Assembly: GCA_965219685.1 (NCBI GenBank)
Contig: CBDCOH010000002.1
Coordinates: 1,696,001-1,760,000, forward strand
Origin: Candidatus Spongiisociaceae bacterium
GTDB taxonomy: Bacteria > Actinomycetota > Acidimicrobiia > Spongiisociales > Spongiisociaceae
Direction: 5' to 3'
Length of the DNA stretch: 64,000 nt
The notes beneath the pieces were generated by a model, which worked only from the letters and a program-made list of their open reading frames with translations, was not told the DNA's origin and did no database searches. The translations under genes were made by a program, and so were the position numbers. Every line of letters begins with the position of its first letter. Positions within the stretch are counted from its first letter, which is position 1. Below are positions 57,357 to 64,000 of the stretch, piece by piece.

Positions 57357-57968
57357 ATGGCTACAAGACGATCAATAGTTGCTCGGGCTGCGGAGATATC
57401 GGCCGATGAAGGCTTCGAGGCGGTCACCACTGGCAGGCTGGCCGGAGAGATGGGGATAGCCTCGGGCGAGGTTCTCGCACACTTCACTACCGATGAGTTG
57501 CTCCAGCAGTCGATCGTCTGGGCGGGCGCCGAGGTGTTCAAGAAAGCCGTGACCGAACCGGCCGTCTCAGCCCCGGACGGCATCGAGCGACTCAGAGCCC
57601 TGCTTTCGCACTGGGTGGACTACGCGGAGAGCGACGCCTACCGCGGCGGGTTCGTAGGCGGGGCCGCCAACCTTCCCGGACACATCAGGGAACTGATCGC
57701 GCGGATAGCCCGGTCGTGGATCGAGACGCTGGCCGGACATGCCCGCATGGCCGTGGAACAGGGCGATCTGCCACCCGGAACCGATCCCCAACAGGTCGCC
57801 TTCGAGGTCCACGGGCTGGTGCAGGAAGCCAACTGGACCTTCGGCGTTCTCGGCGACAAGGAGGCCTACAACCGTGCTAGGAGGGGAATCGAGAACCGCT
57901 TGGGCTGCCAGACATACCGCCCGAGGGGATCCCGCGGCGAAGTCATACGTCAATCAGGCGGGCTCTGA
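57357..57968 (+). CDS. TetR-family transcriptional regulator
   Basis: N-terminal HTH (A..I...EG.E.VT.G.LA..MG....V..HF...E.L), G..RL..L...W, D..Q.AFE. Confidence 0.82.
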   Translation: MATRRSIVARAAEISADEGFEAVTTGRLAGEMGIASGEVLAHFTTDELLQQSIVWAGAEVFKKAVTEPAVSAPDGIERLRALLSHWVDYAESDAYRGGFVGGAANLPGHIRELIARIARSWIETLAGHARMAVEQGDLPPGTDPQQVAFEVHGLVQEANWTFGVLGDKEAYNRARRGIENRLGCQTYRPRGSRGEVIRQSGGL

Positions 57969-58338
57969 CGTTCAGAGCCGATAGCAGAAGGTTCATGTCC
58001 CGCGAGTCAGAGGTGAGAAGGGCGACATCAACGTCACCATGTGTGGCCTCGAACACCGCGACCGCGGTAGAGGCATCGATGACATCGGACGTGCCGGTCC
58101 TGCCGCACAGTTGCCCGGAGGCCCGTGCCGCCGACCCGTCGAGGGTCACCTCGTCGCATCGCTTCAGCGATCGGGACAATAGGGCCTGCCGGCCACCGTC
58201 CCGCCAGGCTTGGCCGATCACCCCGGCGGGAACTTGAACAGCTTCGCCGCGGTCGAACGCGGCCTCGATCATCGACAAAACGCGGCGGTTACCGCGATCC
58301 ACCTGGATCAAGGCGCCGGTATCGAGAACGAGGATCAT
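57943..58338 (-). CDS. PIN-domain toxin (VapC-like)
   Basis: LVLDTGALI, V.GQAWR, DVIDA, LLTSD..D. Confidence 0.85.
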   Translation of the reverse strand: MILVLDTGALIQVDRGNRRVLSMIEAAFDRGEAVQVPAGVIGQAWRDGGRQALLSRSLKRCDEVTLDGSAARASGQLCGRTGTSDVIDASTAVAVFEATHGDVDVALLTSDSRDMNLLLSALNVRARLIDV

Positions 58339-58676
58339 GGCCCGTAGAGCAGTTCTCGAGCCCGGGCGCGTTCCTCTTCGGTGAACGCCCCGTTCTCGGC
58401 CTGCCACTCCTCGATGAACTCCCTCCAACCCTCCAACGCCTCGCGTTTCTTCTCCGGATTGTTGTGCCAACGGTTCGGATCCCGCATCGCTGCCTTGTGC
58501 ACCTCCTCCAGGGCTGCCGCGAGATCCGGGTCGGAAAGAACGACCGGACCTTTCACACGCATCACGTAGAGGCGCTCCGGGACCTCGGGTAGTTCGACAG
58601 GCACCTCGCCGACACTCTCCTGGAGTCTCTCCTCCAGACACTCATCGACCGCACCAATCGTTTGTGCTGTATCCAT
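58335..58676 (-). CDS. Putative antitoxin
   Basis: ATGA overlap with the PIN gene; acidic C-terminus EEWQAENGAFTEEERARA; start uncertain. Confidence 0.6.
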   Translation of the reverse strand: MDTAQTIGAVDECLEERLQESVGEVPVELPEVPERLYVMRVKGPVVLSDPDLAAALEEVHKAAMRDPNRWHNNPEKKREALEGWREFIEEWQAENGAFTEEERARARELLYGP

Positions 58677-58723
58677 ACAGGCAACGTACCCTGCCAACCC
58701 GCAAGGGTCAATACCCTCGATCG

Positions 58724-58837
58724 GCCGGTTGCCGGTTGCCGGTTGCCGGTTGCCGGTTGCCGGTTGCCGGTTGCCGGTTGCCGGTTGCCGGTTGCCGGTT
58801 GCCGGTTGCCGGTTGCCGGTTGCCGGTTGCCGGTTGC
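58724..58837 (+). repeat. Perfect heptamer array (GCCGGTT)16
   Basis: Counted directly, 112 bp plus GC. Confidence 0.97.
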
Positions 58838-58907
58838 GATGAACGGCTACCACACCTGGGCTCAATGTCACAGGGACCAGCTCGCTGTTCGAGTACCGTC
58901 AAGAGTT

Positions 58908-59002
58908 CAACGGTCAACGGTCAACGGTCAACGGACAACGGACAACGGACAACGGACAACGGACAACGGACAACGGACAACGGACAACGGACAACGGACA
59001 AC
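58908..59002 (+). repeat. Heptamer array (CAACGGT)3(CAACGGA)10
   Basis: Counted directly; ends 2 nt from the DUF885 stop. Confidence 0.97.
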
Positions 59003-59004
59003 CG

Positions 59005-60639
59005 TCAGCCGGCCCGGTCGATGGCCTCGATGTCGCTGGGGTCGTCCAGCATCTCCCAGCGGAGCAGCGATATCGGGACGTTGCCGTTGTTCCACAGGTG
59101 GTCGTGGAACCATCGCAGGCTGAACTCGTCCCCCAGCTTCTTCTTGGCGTCGGCCAGCAGGCGGATTACCTCGAGCTTGCCGACCATGTACGCCATTGCC
59201 AGTCCCGGATTGGACACGTACATCGAGGTCTCCTCGAGCGCAGTCTGGGGATCGACCGGGATCAACTCCTCGAACATCCTCATCCCCTCCTCGAGGGTGA
59301 TGGCACCGGTTGCCAGGCTCACGTCCACCACGGTCCGCAGGCTGCGGAGGCGCTTGAAGTTCTGGGTCACCAGCCTCGACCATGGAGCGTCGTCGAACAG
59401 GCCCGCCTGGAGCATCAGCGACTCGTTGTAGTGTGCCAGGCCCTCGTTGCTGACCGAGTCGTAGTAGCGCCGTCGGAGCGGGTTGGGATTGGCCCAAGAA
59501 AGGGCCAGTTGCTTGTAGTGGACACCTTCGTGCATGATGCCCAGCCGGGGATCCCGGGCGTTGGCCTCGTAGAAGTAGGACAGGGGCCGGTTGGGATCCC
59601 ACACGTACGTGTAGGCATCCTCGTCGAGACGCTGATCGGACGTCAGGTCGTTGGCCACCCCCAGCCAGTTGAGAGGCTGCACGTACTCCGGCAGGGGCGC
59701 GGTGAGGTAGCGCCGGAGTGACTCGGGCTGCGTGAGAAGGTTCTCGTTCTCGTAGAACTCCCGGACCGCTTGCTCGTCCTGGGCCTGCTGCTCGCATTGG
59801 GCCTCGGCGGTCGGGAAGCGGTCGGGCACCGGCGTGTCGCCGTAGCGGTTGCGTTCCACCTCCTCCCATGCATAGTTGTAGTACAGCTCGCGTTGAGCCA
59901 GCAGGACCATTTCCTCGGGCTGGAGGGGGAGGAGCGCCACGTTGCGTAGGTACCACATGAACTTGTCCCGCCCGACCGGCTCCACAGTTGCCATCCCGGC
60001 CTGATGCTCACGCAGCCACTCCCGGAACGACACCAAGTGATCGGTAGCCTCGGCGCCGGCCTTGGCGAGGGCACTGCGACGGGATGCGTCGAAGAACCCA
60101 CTCACCTCCTCAATCGACTTTGGCAGGGCGGAGTCAATCTCCCGTAGAAGTCGGATGGCCGACCCTGCCAGAGCCGACGTGCCGGCTCGTGCAAGGTTCT
60201 CGAGCGCGACCTGCAACTGGGGACCCACCATGTTGAGTTGGTGGATAATGCCGTCCTGGCGGTCCGTGGGGAACGGCGGTGGCCGGAGCAGCGAGTCGAA
60301 GTAGGTGCCGAGCGCCTGATGCACCTGCATGACCGCGTCCCGCTCCCAGGACCGCAGAACCCCAGTCTCCCACTCCACACGAGAGACTGCGGAGCCGATC
60401 AGCCGATAGTCAACCTGGACCGGAACCGCCTCGCCCGAGACATCCAGATCCTCCCACCGGCGCCGGAAGTCAGCGGCCTTCTCCAGGCGCCGGCGAGCCG
60501 AGTCCTGGTCGAACTGGGGGATCCAGTCGGGGTTCAGCTCAAGGCGGGGAACATCGTCAGGGCTGCGGTAGCCACTGACGATTCTCCAGTCCCAGAACTC
60601 GAGGCCCAAGTCCTGCACCGCCTGGTTCATATCACTCAT
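59005..60639 (-). CDS. DUF885-family protein (putative metallopeptidase)
   Basis: HEG.HY.Q, NEGLAHY.E, R..R..VDV.L.TG, PG.A.AY.VGK, F.LR.FHD.....G.VP. Confidence 0.82.
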   Translation of the reverse strand: MSDMNQAVQDLGLEFWDWRIVSGYRSPDDVPRLELNPDWIPQFDQDSARRRLEKAADFRRRWEDLDVSGEAVPVQVDYRLIGSAVSRVEWETGVLRSWERDAVMQVHQALGTYFDSLLRPPPFPTDRQDGIIHQLNMVGPQLQVALENLARAGTSALAGSAIRLLREIDSALPKSIEEVSGFFDASRRSALAKAGAEATDHLVSFREWLREHQAGMATVEPVGRDKFMWYLRNVALLPLQPEEMVLLAQRELYYNYAWEEVERNRYGDTPVPDRFPTAEAQCEQQAQDEQAVREFYENENLLTQPESLRRYLTAPLPEYVQPLNWLGVANDLTSDQRLDEDAYTYVWDPNRPLSYFYEANARDPRLGIMHEGVHYKQLALSWANPNPLRRRYYDSVSNEGLAHYNESLMLQAGLFDDAPWSRLVTQNFKRLRSLRTVVDVSLATGAITLEEGMRMFEELIPVDPQTALEETSMYVSNPGLAMAYMVGKLEVIRLLADAKKKLGDEFSLRWFHDHLWNNGNVPISLLRWEMLDDPSDIEAIDRAG

Positions 60640-60654
60640 TTGGAGTTCCTCCCG

Positions 60655-61074
60655 CTAGCCGGACCAGGGATTTACGACCACGATCCCGCATCCCTCGAAA
60701 CCACCGCTATCGCGTGTGGCAACCGAAGCGCCTACCGAACGCGCGACCGCAGCTATTTGGCAGTCTGCCGTGCTGATGGGGCGTCCCGCCGCGCGTCGTG
60801 CGGCTGCTATCAAAGCGTAGGAACGTGCGGCATCACTATCGAAGGGCAGGATACGCCCTGCAAAGTCCTCGCTCAAAAGCCCTTCAATCGCGGCCCGGAG
60901 CTCCGTCCGCCGAGACCCCTCCGGGAGAACTTCCACCCCATACCTCAATTCTGCTTCGCTGACACTCGACAGATAGAGGCGAGAGGCCACGTGCCTGCCA
61001 AACCAATCAATCACTACCGCGGCGGGGTGGGGACGCATCAACTCGGAGACGACATTGGTATCCAGCACGATCAT
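60655..61074 (-). CDS. vapC: VapC/FitB-like PIN toxin
   Basis: MIVLDTNVVSE, AELRYG, LPFD..AA..Y, D.QIAA.A, ATRD...F...G....NPW. Confidence 0.93.
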   Translation of the reverse strand: MIVLDTNVVSELMRPHPAAVVIDWFGRHVASRLYLSSVSEAELRYGVEVLPEGSRRTELRAAIEGLLSEDFAGRILPFDSDAARSYALIAAARRAAGRPISTADCQIAAVARSVGASVATRDSGGFEGCGIVVVNPWSG

Positions 61075-61328
61075 CGACCGACATCCCCGAAGTCAGGTGG
61101 CTCCCTCATCGGCTCGCGGGGCGGCAGGTCCAACTCGACACCGCCCAGGGATGCAAACCGATCACGGATGGCCCGGACCAGGTCCTCACCGCTCGCGGGC
61201 TGCGCGTAGAGCGCAGCCCGCAGGATATCCCTGGCTTCCTGTTCCATGGACTTGCCGTTCTCGGCCGCGCGGATACGCAGCCTTCGTTTCAGTCCTTCTT
61301 CCAAGTTTCGCACCGTTATGCTCGCCAT
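61071..61328 (-). CDS. FitA-like ribbon-helix-helix antitoxin
   Basis: MASITVRNL....K.RLR.RAA.NG.SME.EAR.IL; ATGA overlap with the toxin. Confidence 0.9.
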   Translation of the reverse strand: MASITVRNLEEGLKRRLRIRAAENGKSMEQEARDILRAALYAQPASGEDLVRAIRDRFASLGGVELDLPPREPMREPPDFGDVGR

Positions 61329-61476
61329 GATCCGCTCCTGCTTGCATCCACTGCATACTCTATTATGATTGCAATGCAATCACCGCGCGGTAGAGCTGTC
61401 TGCTCCAACTCGACCGAGGAAGATCGGGGCGATGCCGATAGTGTCCACGCGGACACCCTCGAAACCGTCGAAGTAG

Positions 61477-63204
61477 TCAGATCACCAACTCGAGGCGGCG
61501 GTCCCGTTCACGGTCCACACGAGCACGGTCCGCAGGGTCTCCCCAACCACCTCCCCCGCCGGTCTTTACGAGAAGCCGGGTCCCGGCCTCGACCTTGAGA
61601 CCGTTTGCCTTCATCATGCGGACCGGAGACCGTCCGGGGCGGTGAACCCACACGTCGGGCGGCGCACCGTCCTCGCCCCCGAAGAGGCCCCAAGATGGCT
61701 GCTCGGACCTCTCGAACCATAGGTTGACGGTGCAGGGCGCCAGCAGTTCGTACTCCCTGATGATCCCCAGACCGCCGCGCCACTTGCCCTCCCCGCCCGA
61801 GCCGTCCCGTAGAGCGTGACGGTGCAGTATGAACGGATACCGGTTTTCCATCGTCTCGGCCGGGATGTTCCTATAGGCCCCGGCCGCCGAGTGGATCAGG
61901 GCCGACTCGCCGTCTCCTCCCTCGTAGGCGCCCCAGCCCCCGGTCAGGGCCTCCCCCGACAGGAAAAGGCCGAACTCGTTCTCGCCCACGATGCTGACAT
62001 TCCAGGAGTCCCCCACGTGTCCTGCCGCGGTCCGCTGGGGGATCGCCTCGCTCAGCGCCTTGATCATGAGATCGAGCGCCAGCATCAGGTGTGGCCCGTA
62101 ATGGAGGCACGGCGCGGTCTCGCTCGGGTTGAAACAAGTGCCCTTGGGAGCGATCACCTCGAGGTTGCGGAAGTTGCCACCCGACACCGCCGCGTGGGGG
62201 TTGACGAGGAACTTGAAGCCCAGCTCGATGGCGGAGCGCGTCTGGACGACGCCGCTGTTGATGCTCCCCACACATTGGCGGTTGGACCCCGAGAGGTCCA
62301 CCGTCATGCAGTCACCCTCCACGGTGACGGTCACCTTCACGTAGACGGGTTCCTCGGTCACGCCGTCGTTGTCTAGGTAGCCGTCAGCCACGTACACCCC
62401 GTCGGGAATCTCGGCGACCGATGCGCGGTCCTCCATCTCCGCCTGTTCGAACACGACCCGGACGGACGCCTCCACCTGATCCCAGCCGAAACGGCGCACG
62501 ATCGACCGGAACCTCTCCACCCCGGTCCGGCAGGCGCTGATCTCGGCCATCAGGTCGCCAACCAGCGCCGTGGGGAACCGGGAATTGAGCGCGATCAGAT
62601 TCACGATCTGCTGATCGAGACGGCCATCCCGGAAGATACACGTAGGACCGATCCGCAGACCCTCCTGGAAGATGTCAACCGAATCTCCCACGTAGCCGGC
62701 CCGCTTGGCACCGATGTCGTTCCAGTGGGCCTTGGCAGCCGAGAACCCGCGCAGCACACCGTCCACGAAGATGGGCGCGAACACAGTCACGTCGTTCAGG
62801 TGGCTCCCGGCGATGCTCGAGTCGTTGACCACCCAGACATCGCCTTCCCGGAAGGCCTCGTAACCCTTGATCCCGATCACCGCCCGGAGCGTCCCGCCCA
62901 GGCTGCCCAGGAAGAACGGAAGACCGGGCGCCTGGCCCAGCAGGCGACCCTCGGCGTCGAAGATCCCCACGGAGCAGTCCTTCGCCTCGTAGATGACCGG
63001 GCTGTAAGCGCTCCGGTACAGGTTCCGCCGCATCTGCTCCGCCCCGGAGATGAACGCGTTACGAACCACCTCTACCGTCGCAGGCGACGGCGCGGGCGCC
63101 TCGGGGGTTCTAATCGCAGCTATCCGGGGGTCAGATGACCATCTCGAGGCGGCGGTCCCGTCGGCGATCCTTACCGGCGCGTTCCGCCGGGTCGCCCCAG
63201 CCAC
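61477..63204 (-). CDS. Hydantoinase B/5-oxoprolinase-family protein (start uncertain)
   Basis: AYSP.I.E..D.S, GSHLND, AHWNDIG, FQEGL.I, GGWGA..G.DG, E..E.RYP, DGSGG.G.WRGG.G, TGGGGGWGDP. Confidence 0.9.
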   Translation of the reverse strand: MAGATRRNAPVRIADGTAASRWSSDPRIAAIRTPEAPAPSPATVEVVRNAFISGAEQMRRNLYRSAYSPVIYEAKDCSVGIFDAEGRLLGQAPGLPFFLGSLGGTLRAVIGIKGYEAFREGDVWVVNDSSIAGSHLNDVTVFAPIFVDGVLRGFSAAKAHWNDIGAKRAGYVGDSVDIFQEGLRIGPTCIFRDGRLDQQIVNLIALNSRFPTALVGDLMAEISACRTGVERFRSIVRRFGWDQVEASVRVVFEQAEMEDRASVAEIPDGVYVADGYLDNDGVTEEPVYVKVTVTVEGDCMTVDLSGSNRQCVGSINSGVVQTRSAIELGFKFLVNPHAAVSGGNFRNLEVIAPKGTCFNPSETAPCLHYGPHLMLALDLMIKALSEAIPQRTAAGHVGDSWNVSIVGENEFGLFLSGEALTGGWGAYEGGDGESALIHSAAGAYRNIPAETMENRYPFILHRHALRDGSGGEGKWRGGLGIIREYELLAPCTVNLWFERSEQPSWGLFGGEDGAPPDVWVHRPGRSPVRMMKANGLKVEAGTRLLVKTGGGGGWGDPADRARVDRERDRRLELVI

Positions 63205-64000
63205 CCCCTCCGCCGGTCTTCACGAGGAGCTTGGTTCCCGCCTCGACCTTGAGGTTGTTGGCCTTCAGCATGTGGATGGGGGGCTCTCCGGGACGGGAAA
63301 CCCACACCTCAGGCGGCTTTCCGTCGCTCCCGCCGAACAGCCCCCAGGAGGGCTGGCTGGCCCGCTCGAACCACAGTTGCACCGTGACCGGCTCCAGCAA
63401 CTCGTACTCCCTGACAATCCCCAGGCCTCCGCGCCACCTGCCGTCACCGCCGGAGCCGTCGCGCAGGCTATGGCGGCGCATGATCAGCGGGTAGCGATGT
63501 TCCATCGTCTCGATGGGGAAGTTCTTGAAGTCACCGGCAGCGGAGTGGATGAGGGCGGACTCCCCGTCGCCTCCTTCGTATGCCCCCCATCCTCCTGTCA
63601 GGGCCTCCCCCGACAGGAAGAGCCCGTGCTCGTCCTCGCCCACGATGATGACGTTCCAGGAGTCGCCGACATGTCCCGCGGCGGCCCTGTCCGGAATCGC
63701 CTCGCTCAGGGCCTTGATCATGAGATCGAGCGCCAGCATCAGGTGGGGTCCGTAGTGGAGGCACGGGGCGGTGTCGCTCGGGTTGAAACAAGTGCCCTTG
63801 GGGGCGATCACCTCGAGGTTGCGGAAGTTGCCGCCCGACACCGGGGCGTGCGGGTTGATGAGGAACTTGAAGCCCTGCTCGATCCCGGAACGGGTCTGCA
63901 CCACGCCGCTGTTGATGCTCCCCACACATTGGCGGTTGGACCCCGAGAGGTCCACCGTCATGCTGTCCCCCGAAACGGTGACGGTCACCTTGACGTAGAC
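63131..64000 (-). CDS. Hydantoinase B/5-oxoprolinase-family protein, second copy (5' part outside window)
   Basis: Closely matches the C-terminal half of 61477-63204 (VDLSGSNRQCVGSINSGVVQTRS, PCLHYGPHLMLALDLMIKALSEAIP). Confidence 0.9.
   Translation of the reverse strand, partial: VYVKVTVTVSGDSMTVDLSGSNRQCVGSINSGVVQTRSGIEQGFKFLINPHAPVSGGNFRNLEVIAPKGTCFNPSDTAPCLHYGPHLMLALDLMIKALSEAIPDRAAAGHVGDSWNVIIVGEDEHGLFLSGEALTGGWGAYEGGDGESALIHSAAGDFKNFPIETMEHRYPLIMRRHSLRDGSGGDGRWRGGLGIVREYELLEPVTVQLWFERASQPSWGLFGGSDGKPPEVWVSRPGEPPIHMLKANNLKVEAGTKLLVKTGGGGGWGDPAERAGKDRRRDRRLEMVI

Noticed and set aside
58724-59002. Possible CRISPR array
   Set aside because: These are 7-bp tandem units without unique spacers between repeats, and no cas genes are present.
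58662-59431. ORFs with VAGCRLP/QRTTDNG repeats
   Set aside because: They are translations of the heptamer arrays and antisense to DUF885.
61477-64000. Diversity-generating retroelement TR/VR pair
   Set aside because: Differences are mostly synonymous and not adenine-specific, and no reverse transcriptase is present.

Overview
GC-rich bacterial window, probably actinobacterial (inferred from IS1380/IS5 types, a DUF222-like HNH gene and a PafBC/LexA-type promoter). Most genes are on the minus strand. From left to right: the end of a molybdo-hydroxylase large subunit, interrupted by an IS5; a controller-HNH-methyltransferase restriction-modification locus with a PvuII-type C-box; stacked IS5 and IS1380 elements; a BMP-type ABC transporter with aldolase, FGGY kinase and Zn-dehydrogenase genes; and a UGA-recoded selenoprotein GrdA (missed by the ORF track) with GrdC but no GrdB/D/E. 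Next come a lower-GC three-gene cassette (RapA/SNF2 helicase, Hsp70-like ATPase, Pro-rich Zn-finger protein) that is a candidate novel defence or stress system, and a ~20 kb catabolic cluster (ABC transporters, UbiD, amidohydrolase, M20, M81, MBL, and a xanthine-dehydrogenase-like operon with an embedded CobW). The right end carries a DUF222/HNH gene, arsM, two PIN toxin-antitoxin pairs and tandemly duplicated hydantoinase B genes. Non-coding structure includes a ~260 bp TIR-bounded dispersed element (5 full or partial copies, 4 abutting stop codons) and GTTG-core heptamer tandem arrays. All calls come from reading motifs by eye; no database searches were run.
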